Below, one piece after another: positions 17,473-26,080 of a stretch of 29,797 bases of DNA (position 1 is its first letter; each line of letters begins with the position of its first letter). A program made the translations under genes and the position numbers. The DNA comes from a virus (Duplodnaviria; Heunggongvirae; Uroviricota; Caudoviricetes), in the IMG/VR virus record IMGVR_UViG_2671180378_000015; one strand, written 5' to 3'. A model generated the notes under the pieces. That model was not told the DNA's origin and did no database searches. It saw nothing but the letters and a program-made list of their open reading frames with translations.

Positions 17473-17520
17473 GCCCGTAAGGGCTTTTTTTGTACCTGAA
17501 ATCAGCCCCTGAACGGGGCT
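17473..17520 (+). promoter_or_regulatory. Two consecutive stem-loops after the capsid gene (attenuator or mRNA-stabilising structure)
   Basis: gccc gtaa gggc plus T7 tract (17473-17491) and agcccc tgaac ggggct (17504-17520). Confidence 0.45.
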
Positions 17521-17534
17521 GTGCGGAGACAGTT

Positions 17535-17858
17535 ATGGCAAAGAATTTTGTAGAAGAAGGAAAAACGGTGGCGATTGTTGCCAGTGCAGCCATCAGCAGC
17601 GGAGATCTGGTGCAGGTGGGGGATGTTTTTGCGGTGGCGCTGACCGATATTCCACAGGGAGAAACAGGCGACGGCATAACCGAAGGTGTGTTTATGCTGC
17701 CTAAGCTGAAAACGGATGACATGAAAACGGGTAAGAAGGTTTATCTGAAGTCAGGAAAAGTTCAGCTGACTAACAGCGGCTCTGAGCCGCTGGTCGGGGT
17801 TGTCTGGGCAGATGCCGGAACCAGTGCAGAAGAAGTGCCGGTAAAACTCAATGTCTGA
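17535..17858 (+). CDS. Small head protein, possibly decoration/cement (DUF2190-like), 107 aa
   Basis: ATG 17535 with GGAG RBS; Gly/Val-rich small protein directly after capsid gene. Confidence 0.45.
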   Translation: MAKNFVEEGKTVAIVASAAISSGDLVQVGDVFAVALTDIPQGETGDGITEGVFMLPKLKTDDMKTGKKVYLKSGKVQLTNSGSEPLVGVVWADAGTSAEEVPVKLNV

Positions 17859-18126
17859 TCCCTTTTCCCGGCTGGCAGCGCGTATGGATGCGATCACGGT
17901 CAGAAAGATGGGAAAGACAGCCTCGATTAATGATGTCGATATGATTGTGATCCCGGGAGAAACACTGGCAGAGCTGAATGCTCTGTCCGGACCTGCGGTC
18001 TCTCTGGTGGTGTTTTCTTCGGGATACCGCCCACGGCGCGGGGATCGCGTTGTTTATGACGGACAACAATGGACGGTCACACGGCATGAACGTTTTAACG
18101 GTAAGCCAATGATCTTTATTGAGTAA
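17851..18126 (+). CDS. Putative head completion / head-tail adaptor protein (91 aa)
   Basis: ORF track; position between capsid module and tail gene Z. Confidence 0.4.
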   Translation: MSDPFSRLAARMDAITVRKMGKTASINDVDMIVIPGETLAELNALSGPAVSLVVFSSGYRPRRGDRVVYDGQQWTVTRHERFNGKPMIFIE

Positions 18127-18137
18127 AGAGGTGTGGG

Positions 18138-18716
18138 ATGAAGGGGCTTGAGAATGCCATCCGCAATCTGAACAGCCTTGATACCCGTATGGTGCCACAG
18201 GCCAGCGCATGGGCGATAAACCGTGTGGCACAGAAAGCGGTCTCGGTTGCCACCCGGCAGGTTGCCGGGAATACCGTTGCGGGAGATAACCAGGTGAAAG
18301 GGATCCCCCTGAAACTGGTACGTCAGCGTGTCCGGGTGTTTAAAGCCAGTCCGTCAGGAAAAATGACGGTCAGGATCCGCGTTAACCGGGGCAATCTGCC
18401 CGCCATTAAGCTGGGGACAGCCCGGGTCAGACTGGCCCGGCGTGGTGGAAAACTGCAGTACCGTGGCAGTGTGCTGAAGGTGGGTAAATATCTTTTCCGG
18501 GATGCGTTTATTCAGCAACTGGCGAATGGTCGCTGGCATGTGATGCGACGTATTGATGGCAAAAATCGTTACCCCATTGATGTGGTGAAAATCCCGCTGT
18601 CCGGATCGCTGACACAGGCATTTGAAGATGCCCGCGACCACATCATTGCTGCGGAAATGCCGAAACAGCTGGGGTATGCACTAAAACAACAACTGAGGTT
18701 ATGGCTGACCCGATGA
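18138..18716 (+). CDS. Tail completion protein (lambda gpZ-like), 192 aa
   Basis: 192 aa, same length and position as lambda Z; RBS AGAGGTGTGGG before ATG. Confidence 0.55.
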   Translation: MKGLENAIRNLNSLDTRMVPQASAWAINRVAQKAVSVATRQVAGNTVAGDNQVKGIPLKLVRQRVRVFKASPSGKMTVRIRVNRGNLPAIKLGTARVRLARRGGKLQYRGSVLKVGKYLFRDAFIQQLANGRWHVMRRIDGKNRYPIDVVKIPLSGSLTQAFEDARDHIIAAEMPKQLGYALKQQLRLWLTR

Positions 18717-19114
18717 ACCGACATACACAAATCCGCCAGGCCGTACTGGCACGCCTTCGGGAACAGTGTGGAGACAGCGCCACGTTTTTTGACGGGCTTC
18801 CGGCATTTATTGATGCGCAGGAACTGCCTGCCGTGGCGGTGTGGCTGAGTGATGCTCAGTACACCGGAAAAATGACGGATGAAGATGACTGGCAGGCTGT
18901 TCTGCATATTGCCGTCTTCATCCGGGCACAGGCACCGGATTCAGAGCTGGATATGTGGATGGAGAGCACCATTTTCCCTGCCCTGAATGATATACCGGCA
19001 CTTTCCGGACTCATCGACACCCTGATCCCACTCGGTTTTAACTATCAACGTGATAATGAGATGGCCACCTGGGCGATGGCGGAAATCACGTACCAGATCA
19101 CGTACACGAATTAA
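18713..19114 (+). CDS. Tail terminator protein (lambda gpU-like), 133 aa
   Basis: ATFFDGLPAFIDAQELPAVAVWLSDAQYTG...DSELDMWMES...IPALSGLI...ITYQITY closely matches remembered lambda gpU; ATGA overlap with Z. Confidence 0.8.
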   Translation: MNRHTQIRQAVLARLREQCGDSATFFDGLPAFIDAQELPAVAVWLSDAQYTGKMTDEDDWQAVLHIAVFIRAQAPDSELDMWMESTIFPALNDIPALSGLIDTLIPLGFNYQRDNEMATWAMAEITYQITYTN

Positions 19115-19124
19115 GGAGGTGGTA

Positions 19125-19868
19125 ATGACCACACCAAATCCACTGGCAAAGACGAAAGGTGCGGGGACGACGTTCTGGATGTATACCGGCAACGGCGATG
19201 CGTTTGCGAACCCTTTGTCGGACACTGACTGGCTGCGTCTTGCGATGGTGAAGGATCTGCAACCTGGCGAAATGACCGCTGATGCAGAAGATGACACTTA
19301 TCTCGATGATGAAGATGCAGACTGGAAAACGACAACCCAGGGGCAGAAATCCGTTGGTGATACTTCGGCGACGCTGGCCTGGCGTCCGGGTGACAGCGGG
19401 CAGAAAAAACTGGTTCAGTTGTTCGACTCCGGTGAAGTCTGCGCGTTTCGTATCAAATATCCCAACGGCACTGTTGATGTTTTCCGTGGCTGGCTGAGCT
19501 CACTGGGTAAAACCATTGCCTCAAAAGACGTGATGACCCGCACTGTGAAAATCAGCGGTGTGGGGCGTCCGTATCTGGCAGAGGAAGGCACTGAAACCGT
19601 GAGCGTTACCGGGCTGACAGTATCACCGGCGTCTGCCAGTGTAAAAGTGGGAGCAACCACCACGCTGACCTTTACAGTAAAACCTGACGGAGCCAGTGAC
19701 AAAGCGATCAGTGTGCATTCGTCAGATCCACAGACTGCCACGGTTACCCTGAACGGACTTGTGGCCACGGTAAAAGGCGTGAAGCAGGGCAGTGTCAGCA
19801 TTGTGGGCATGACCGCTGACGGGAATTTTGTGGCTGTGACTGCGGTGACTGTCAGCGCAGCAGGTTAA
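19125..19868 (+). CDS. Major tail tube protein (lambda gpV-like) with C-terminal Ig-like domain, 247 aa
   Basis: KGAGTTFWMYTGNGDAFANPLSDTDW...YLDDEDADW...PNGTVDVFRGW matches lambda gpV; RBS AAGGAGGTGG before ATG. Confidence 0.85.
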   Translation: MTTPNPLAKTKGAGTTFWMYTGNGDAFANPLSDTDWLRLAMVKDLQPGEMTADAEDDTYLDDEDADWKTTTQGQKSVGDTSATLAWRPGDSGQKKLVQLFDSGEVCAFRIKYPNGTVDVFRGWLSSLGKTIASKDVMTRTVKISGVGRPYLAEEGTETVSVTGLTVSPASASVKVGATTTLTFTVKPDGASDKAISVHSSDPQTATVTLNGLVATVKGVKQGSVSIVGMTADGNFVAVTAVTVSAAG

Positions 19869-19888
19869 CAGGACGATACTCATCATTT

Positions 19889-19912
19889 GCCCCGGTTATT
19901 CGGGGCTTTTTT
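19889..19912 (+). terminator. Stem-loop with U-tract after major tail gene (partial terminator)
   Basis: gccccg gttatt cggggc followed by tttttt. Confidence 0.55.
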
Positions 19913-19925
19913 GCAGGTGGAGAAC

Positions 19926-20315
19926 ATGATGTTTCTGAAACAGGACACGTTTAATTATGAAAAACAGTCCGTGGTGCTCAGTGAGCTGTCCGGGCTGCAG
20001 AGAATTGAATATCTGACGTTTGTTCAGCAGCGAACGGCAAAGTTTGATGCCGGGGAGGGAGAACTGCCGGAGGCTGAACGACAGATTGCTTTTCTGCGGA
20101 TGGGGATGGATATCAATGCCTGGCTGGTTTCCCGCTCACTGTGGAATGCGGATCAGTCTAAGGATGTAGAGACGCTTTGCGCATCCGTTATTACAACATG
20201 GTCGTATGATGCCCTGGGTGCGGGGGCGGAGATGGTTCTGTCGCTGAGCGGTATGGGGGCCATTGATAATGCCGTGGATGATGAGCATGAGGCGCTGACG
20301 CCGGAAAAGTCCTGA
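19926..20315 (+). CDS. Tail assembly chaperone G (lambda gpG-like)
   Basis: MMFLKQDTFNYEKQSVVLSELSGLQRIEYL resembles lambda gpG N-terminus; RBS GGTGGAG before ATG. Confidence 0.75.
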   Translation: MMFLKQDTFNYEKQSVVLSELSGLQRIEYLTFVQQRTAKFDAGEGELPEAERQIAFLRMGMDINAWLVSRSLWNADQSKDVETLCASVITTWSYDALGAGAEMVLSLSGMGAIDNAVDDEHEALTPEKS

Positions 20316-20653
20316 CGCGGGAAATGCAGTTTGTCATGCGGCTTGCCCGGGAGTTCCGGCGGGCAGACTGGCGGCGGATGCTGTCGGAAATGTCGGCCAC
20401 TGAGCTTGGTGAGTGGGGCGATTATTTCCGGATGCAGAGCTTCAGTGATGTGTGGATGGATGCGCAGTTTGCCTCGCTGAAGGCATTGATCGTGAGAATG
20501 GTGTCCGGCAGCAGTGATGCTGCGGTGGCTGATTTCAGCCTTTTACCGGAAGAGAACGGGATACCGGAGCGAACGGACGAAGAACTGATGCATCTTGGGG
20601 AAGGTATTTCCGGAGGTGTGCGTTATGGACCAGATAGCCAACCTGGTCATTGA
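20291..20653 (+). CDS. T segment of the G-T tail assembly chaperone, expressed by -1 programmed frameshift from G
   Basis: -1 frame open from 20291, overlapping the last 8 codons of G; candidate slip site G GAA AAG at 20303-20309. Confidence 0.6.
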   Translation, partial: GADAGKVLTREMQFVMRLAREFRRADWRRMLSEMSATELGEWGDYFRMQSFSDVWMDAQFASLKALIVRMVSGSSDAAVADFSLLPEENGIPERTDEELMHLGEGISGGVRYGPDSQPGH

Positions 20654-23600
20654 TTTGGGGATTGATGCGGCAGAGTTTAAAAATGAAATTCCCCGTATCA
20701 AAAACCTTCTGAATGGTGCAGCCAGCGATGCAGAACGGTCTTCTGCCCGTATGCAGCGTTTTATGGAGCGTCAGACTCAGGCCGCCCGGCAGACAACGCA
20801 GGCAGCTTCTTCGGCTGCAACAGCCGCATCCGTCCATGCGCAGACGGTGGAGAAGAACGCACAGGCTCATGAACGCATGGCCCGCGAGGTGGAGAAAACC
20901 CGCCAGCGCATGGAGGCACTGAGCCAGAAAATGCGCGAGGAACAGGCGCAGGCCATGGCTCTGGCGGAGGCTCAGGATAAAGCGGCTGCTGCGTTTTATC
21001 GTCAGATTGACAGTGTGAAACAGGCCAGTGCGGGGCTGCAGGAATTACAGCGTATTCAGCAGCAGATCCGACAGGCCAGAAACAGTGGCGGGATTGGTCA
21101 GCAGGATTATCTGGCGCTGATTTCTGAGGTTACTGCGAAAACCCGTGTTCTTACACAGGCTGAGGAAGAGGCTACCCGACAGAAAGTGGCGTTTATCCGT
21201 CAGCTTAAAGAGCAGGCAACCCGCCTGAATCTTTCATCTTCTGAGTTGCTTCGTGCTAAGGCAGCCCAGCTGGGGGTAAGCAGTGCTGCAGAAGTGTATA
21301 TCCGCAAAATGGAGCAGGCAGGAAAAGCCACGCATTCGCTGGGTCTGAAAAGTGCAGCAGCCCGCCAGGAGATAGGCGTTCTGATAGGTGAACTGGCCCG
21401 CGGCAATTTAGGGGCGCTGAGGGGATCCGGGATAACGCTGGCTAACCGTGCCGGATGGATAGACACACTGATGTCACCGAAAGGCATGATGCTTGGCGGG
21501 GTTATTGGCGGTATTGCCGCGGCCGTCTATGGTCTGGGTAAAGCCTGGTATGACGGTCAGAAGGAGGGGGAAGAATTTAACCGCCAGTTGTCGCTGACGG
21601 GGCATTATGCCGGAGTCACTGCCGGGCAGCTGTGGACGCTCAGTCGTGCTATTTCCGGGAATGGTATCACGCAACATGCTGCAGCCGGTGCGCTGGCTCA
21701 GGTGGTGGGGAGTGGTGCATTTCGTGGAAACGATATCGGTATGGTGGCGAGAGTTGCCGCACAGATGGAGCGATCGGTTGGCCAGTCGGTCAGCGATACC
21801 ATAAATCAGTTTAAGCGGCTGAAGGATGATCCTGTAAATGCCGCGAAGGCTCTGGACAATGAGCTGCATTTTCTTACTGCCACTCAGCTTGAGCAGATAC
21901 GCGTCCTTGGGGAGCAGGGGCGGTCCAGTGATGCTGCACGGATAGCCATGTCTGCACTGGCAGAGGAAACCGGTCGGCGTACTGCGGATATTGATAATAA
22001 CCTCAATGCGCTTGGCAGTACGCTGAAGTATCTGTCTGATTTGTGGAGTCGTTTCTGGGATGCGGCCATGAATATTGGTCGTGAAGACTCGCTGGATGAA
22101 CAGATTGCCGCTTTACAGGAGAAAGTGTCGCGGGCGAAAAGACTCCCCTGGACGGCATCATCTTCTCAGGTTGAATACGATCAGCAGCGTCTTAACGATC
22201 TTCAGGAGAAAAAACGCCAGAAGGATTTGCAGGATGCAAAAGAGCAGGCAGAGCGGAATTATCAGGAGCAACAGAAACGCCGTAATGCTGAAAATGCTGC
22301 ACTGAACCGGATGAATGAAACGGAAGCAGCACGACATCAGCGTGAAATTGCGCGTATTAATGCCATGCAGTACGCCGATCAGGCTGTCAGGGATGCGGCG
22401 ATACAACGTGAAAATGAACGTTACGAGAAAGCCCTGGCATCCGGTAAGAAAAAAACACGCGAAACCCGTAATGATGAGGCCACCCGGTTATTGCTGCAGT
22501 ACAGTCAGCAACAGGCACAGGTGGAAGGACAGATTGCTGCTGCCAGACAGTCAGCAGGCATTGCCACGGAAAGGATGACAGAAGCGCATAAACAGCTTCT
22601 GGCTCTGCAGCAGCGCATCAGCGACCTGGACGGGAAAAAACTGACGGCAGATGAAAAGAGTGTGCTGGCCCGTAAAGATGAACTGATTCAGGCACTGACG
22701 CTGCTGGATGTAAAACAGCAGGAGCTTCAGAAACAGACGGCACTCAACGAGCTGAAGAAAAAAACAATTCAGCTGACCAGTCAACTGGCTGAAGAAGAGC
22801 GCGCTCAGCGTCAGCAACATGACCTGGATATCGCCACGGTGGGTATGGGTGATCAGCAGCGACAGCGATATCAGGTACAACTGAGTCTTCGCCAGAAATA
22901 CCAGCAACAGCTGGAGCAGTTGAGGCGGGATAGTGAGCAGAAAGGGACATATAACACGGATGACTACAGAAAGGCCGAGCAGGCGCTGACGGAGAGCCTG
23001 AACCGACAACTGAATGAGAATCGCCGTTACTGGCAACAGCTTGAAGTTGTGCAGGGTAACTGGAAAAACGGAGTCCTGCGTGCATTTCAGGATTTTACCG
23101 TGGATGCAGATAATACGGCAGAAACAGCAGAACAGGTGTTCTCGTCAGCCTTCAGCAACATGGGAAATGGCCTGGCAACTTTTGTCACTACCGGCAAACT
23201 CAATTTCAAATCCTTCACCTCTTCTGTGCTGTCAGATATGGCGAAAATCCTGGCGCAGGCAACCATGATGAAATCGATAAAAGGGATTGGCAGTGTACTG
23301 GGATTTGATCTCAGCAGCCTTTCCCTGAATGCCAATGGGGGGATTTATCAGTCTGCTGATTTGAGTCGTTACAGTGGCACGGTGGTTAACCGTCCGACGT
23401 TTTTTGCTTTTGCAAAAGGCGCGGGTGTGATGGGGGAAGCGGGACCTGAAGCCATTCTGCCATTGCGTCGTGGTGCTGACGGTAAGCTGGGGGTTGTGGC
23501 GGATATTGGGGGGTCAGGTATGGCGATGTTTTCCCCGCAGTACAACATCGAGATCAATAACGATGGCACGAACGGGCAGATAGGTCCGGCTGCCCTGAAG

Positions 23601-23690
23601 GCGGTTTATGACCTCGGGAAAAAAGCGGCAGCGGACTTTATGCAACAGCAGGCCCGTGATGGTGGTCGGTTAAGTGGAGCATATCGGTAA
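20625..23690 (+). CDS. Tail tape measure protein (lambda gpH-like), about 1021 aa
   Basis: Long Ala/Gln-rich coiled-coil protein; C-terminus NNDGTNGQIGPAALKAVYD matches lambda H; start ATG 20625 with GGAGG RBS. Confidence 0.85.
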   Translation: MDQIANLVIDLGIDAAEFKNEIPRIKNLLNGAASDAERSSARMQRFMERQTQAARQTTQAASSAATAASVHAQTVEKNAQAHERMAREVEKTRQRMEALSQKMREEQAQAMALAEAQDKAAAAFYRQIDSVKQASAGLQELQRIQQQIRQARNSGGIGQQDYLALISEVTAKTRVLTQAEEEATRQKVAFIRQLKEQATRLNLSSSELLRAKAAQLGVSSAAEVYIRKMEQAGKATHSLGLKSAAARQEIGVLIGELARGNLGALRGSGITLANRAGWIDTLMSPKGMMLGGVIGGIAAAVYGLGKAWYDGQKEGEEFNRQLSLTGHYAGVTAGQLWTLSRAISGNGITQHAAAGALAQVVGSGAFRGNDIGMVARVAAQMERSVGQSVSDTINQFKRLKDDPVNAAKALDNELHFLTATQLEQIRVLGEQGRSSDAARIAMSALAEETGRRTADIDNNLNALGSTLKYLSDLWSRFWDAAMNIGREDSLDEQIAALQEKVSRAKRLPWTASSSQVEYDQQRLNDLQEKKRQKDLQDAKEQAERNYQEQQKRRNAENAALNRMNETEAARHQREIARINAMQYADQAVRDAAIQRENERYEKALASGKKKTRETRNDEATRLLLQYSQQQAQVEGQIAAARQSAGIATERMTEAHKQLLALQQRISDLDGKKLTADEKSVLARKDELIQALTLLDVKQQELQKQTALNELKKKTIQLTSQLAEEERAQRQQHDLDIATVGMGDQQRQRYQVQLSLRQKYQQQLEQLRRDSEQKGTYNTDDYRKAEQALTESLNRQLNENRRYWQQLEVVQGNWKNGVLRAFQDFTVDADNTAETAEQVFSSAFSNMGNGLATFVTTGKLNFKSFTSSVLSDMAKILAQATMMKSIKGIGSVLGFDLSSLSLNANGGIYQSADLSRYSGTVVNRPTFFAFAKGAGVMGEAGPEAILPLRRGADGKLGVVADIGGSGMAMFSPQYNIEINNDGTNGQIGPAALKAVYDLGKKAAADFMQQQARDGGRLSGAYR

Positions 23691-24019
23691 TGGAGACGTT
23701 TCACTGGAAAGTGCGCCCGGATATGAATGTGGTATCAGAGCCGAAAGTGGTGACAGTGAAGCTGGGCGATGGTTATGAACAGCGTCGTGCGGCGGGACTG
23801 AATAACCAGTTGTCGACTTACAGCGTGACGATACGTGTTCGTAAATGTGACCACCCATCTTTAAAAGCCTTTCTGGAACGGCACGGTGGCGTCCGTGCAT
23901 TTCAGTGGACGCCACCTTATGACTGGAAACCGATCAGGGTGGTTTGTCGTAAATGGTCGGCAAGCGTGGGGGCGCTGTGGGTAACCATAACGGCAGATTT
24001 TGAACAGGTCGTGGCATAG
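23690..24019 (+). CDS. Minor tail protein M (lambda gpM-like), 109 aa
   Basis: 109 aa as lambda M; TAATG overlap with tape measure stop. Confidence 0.8.
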   Translation: METFHWKVRPDMNVVSEPKVVTVKLGDGYEQRRAAGLNNQLSTYSVTIRVRKCDHPSLKAFLERHGGVRAFQWTPPYDWKPIRVVCRKWSASVGALWVTITADFEQVVA

Positions 24020-24028
24020 GAGGCTCTG

Positions 24029-24727
24029 ATGCAGGATATTCCACAGGAAACACATCATGAGACGACACGCCTCACTCAGTCAGCCCAGGTGGTGCTCTGG
24101 GAAATCGATCTGACAGAGGTCGGTGGTGAACGTTATTTTTTCTGTAATGAGCAGAACGAAAAAGGTGAGCCGGTTATCTGGCAGGGGCGGCAGTATCAGG
24201 TATACCCCATTCAGGGGACGGGATTTGAACTGAACGGCAAGGGCAGTGCTGCCCGTCCGACACTGACGGTTTCTAACCTGTACGGTATGGTCACCGGGAT
24301 GGCGGAAGATCTGCAGAGTCTGGTCGGCGGAACGGTGGTCCGGCGTAAGGTTTACGCCCGTTTTCTGGATGCGGTGAACTTCGTCAACGGAAACAGTGAC
24401 GCCGATCCGGAGCAGGAGGTGATCAGCCGCTGGCGCATTGAGCAGTGCAGCGAACTGAGCGCGGTGAGTGCCTCTTTTGTACTGTCCACGCCGACGGAAA
24501 CGGACGGCGCTGTTTTTCCGGGACGTATCATGCTGGCCAACACCTGCACCTGGACCTATCGCGGTGATGAGTGCGGTTATCACGGTCCGGCAGTCGCGGA
24601 TGAATATGACCAGCCGACGTCCGATATCACGAAGGATAAATGCAGCAAATGCCTGAGCGGCTGTAAGTTTCGCAATAACGTCGGCAACTTTGGCGGCTTC
24701 CTTTCCATTAACAAACTTTCGCAGTAA
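24029..24727 (+). CDS. Minor tail protein L (lambda gpL-like), 232 aa
   Basis: 232 aa as lambda L; C-terminal Cys cluster (CTWTYRGDECGY...CSKCLSGC). Confidence 0.8.
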   Translation: MQDIPQETHHETTRLTQSAQVVLWEIDLTEVGGERYFFCNEQNEKGEPVIWQGRQYQVYPIQGTGFELNGKGSAARPTLTVSNLYGMVTGMAEDLQSLVGGTVVRRKVYARFLDAVNFVNGNSDADPEQEVISRWRIEQCSELSAVSASFVLSTPTETDGAVFPGRIMLANTCTWTYRGDECGYHGPAVADEYDQPTSDITKDKCSKCLSGCKFRNNVGNFGGFLSINKLSQ

Positions 24728-24731
24728 TCCC

Positions 24732-25475
24732 ATGACAGAGACAGAATCAGCGATTCTGGCGCACGCCCGGCGATGTGCGCCAGCGGAGTCGTGCGGCTTC
24801 GTGGTGAGAGCGCCGGAGGGGGAAAGATATTTTCCCTGCGTGAATATTTCCGGTGAGCCGGAGGATTATTTCCGGATGGCTCCGGAGGACTGGCTGCAGG
24901 CAGAGATGCAGGGTGAGATTGTGGCACTGGTCCACAGTCATCCCGGTGGTCTGCCCTGGCTGAGTGAGGCTGACCGGCGGCTGCAGGTGCAGAGTGATTT
25001 GCCGTGGTGGCTGGTCTGCCGGGGGGCGATTCACAAGTTCCGCTGTGTGCCGCATCTCACCGGGCGGCGCTTTGAGCACGGGGTGACGGACTGTTACACG
25101 CTGTTCCGGGATGCTTATCATCTGGCGGGGATTGAGATGCCGGATTTTCATCGCGGGGATGACTGGTGGCGTAACGGTCAGAATCTCTATCTGGATAATC
25201 TGGAGGCCACAGGGCTGTATCAGGTGGCGTTGTCATCAGCACAACCGGGCGATGTGCTGCTGTGCTGTTTTGGTTCATCGGTGCCGAATCATGCCGCCAT
25301 TTACTGCGGCGACGGTGAGCTGCTGCACCATATTCCTGAACAACTGAGTAAACGAGAGAGGTATACCGACAAATGGCAGCGACGCACACACTCCCTCTGG
25401 CGTCACCGGGCATGGCACGCATCTGCCTTTACGGGGATTTACAACGATTTGGCCGCCGCATCGACCTTCGAGTGA
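24732..25475 (+). CDS. Tail assembly protein K (lambda gpK-like; JAB/MPN plus NlpC/P60-type domains)
   Basis: HSHP motif (IVALVHSHPGG) typical of JAB/MPN metalloenzymes; position after L. Confidence 0.75.
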   Translation: MTETESAILAHARRCAPAESCGFVVRAPEGERYFPCVNISGEPEDYFRMAPEDWLQAEMQGEIVALVHSHPGGLPWLSEADRRLQVQSDLPWWLVCRGAIHKFRCVPHLTGRRFEHGVTDCYTLFRDAYHLAGIEMPDFHRGDDWWRNGQNLYLDNLEATGLYQVALSSAQPGDVLLCCFGSSVPNHAAIYCGDGELLHHIPEQLSKRERYTDKWQRRTHSLWRHRAWHASAFTGIYNDLAAASTFE

Positions 25476-26020
25476 AAACGGGGTCTGAAGCCATCCGGGC
25501 GCTGGCCATGCAGATCCCGGCGTTTCGTCAGAAACTGAGCGACGGCTGGTACCAGGTACGCATTGCCGGGCGTGATGCAGGTGAAACCGAATTGTCTGCC
25601 CGTCTTAATGAGCCGCTGGCAAATGGTGCCGTGATCCACATCGTGCCGCGTCTGGCGGGAGCTAAAAGTGGCGGTGTGTTTCAGGTGGTGCTGGGGGCGG
25701 CGCTGATTGCGGTGGCATGGTGGAACCCTGTGGGCTGGCTGGGTGCCGCGGCTGTATCGGGCATGTATGCGGCAGGGGCCAGTATGATCCTGGGCGGAGT
25801 GGCGCAGATGCTGGCACCGAAAGCCAGGACGCCCACGGCAGCAAGTACAGATAACGGCAAACAGAACACCTATTTCTCCTCACTGGATAACATGGTTGCC
25901 CAGGGCAATGTTCTGCCCGTTCTGTACGGTGAAATGCGCGTGGGGTCGCGGGTGGTCTCTCAGGAGATCAGCACGGCAGACGAAGGGGATGGTGGTCAGG
26001 TTGTAGTGATTGGTCGCTGA
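25373..26020 (+). CDS. Tail assembly protein I (lambda gpI-like), 215 aa
   Basis: MAATHTLPLASPGMARICLYGDLQRFGRRIDLRVKTG... and C-terminus NGKQNTYFSSLDNMVAQGNVLPVLYGEMRVGSRVVSQEISTADEGDGGQVVVIGR match remembered lambda gpI. Confidence 0.8.
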   Translation: MAATHTLPLASPGMARICLYGDLQRFGRRIDLRVKTGSEAIRALAMQIPAFRQKLSDGWYQVRIAGRDAGETELSARLNEPLANGAVIHIVPRLAGAKSGGVFQVVLGAALIAVAWWNPVGWLGAAAVSGMYAAGASMILGGVAQMLAPKARTPTAASTDNGKQNTYFSSLDNMVAQGNVLPVLYGEMRVGSRVVSQEISTADEGDGGQVVVIGR

Positions 26021-26080
26021 TGAAAAACGTTTTATGTGAAACCGCCTCCGGGCGGTTTTGTCGTTTATGGAGCGTTAGGA

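Noticed and set aside
22551-23036. 161-aa minus-strand ORF inside the tape measure gene
   Set aside because: Antisense artefact within a repetitive Gln/Ala-rich gene; Leu-rich low-complexity product.
25373-25475. About 100-nt overlap between K and I coding regions
   Set aside because: Not an error or frameshift: the two genes are in different frames and overlap of adjacent tail assembly genes is normal in lambda-type tail operons.
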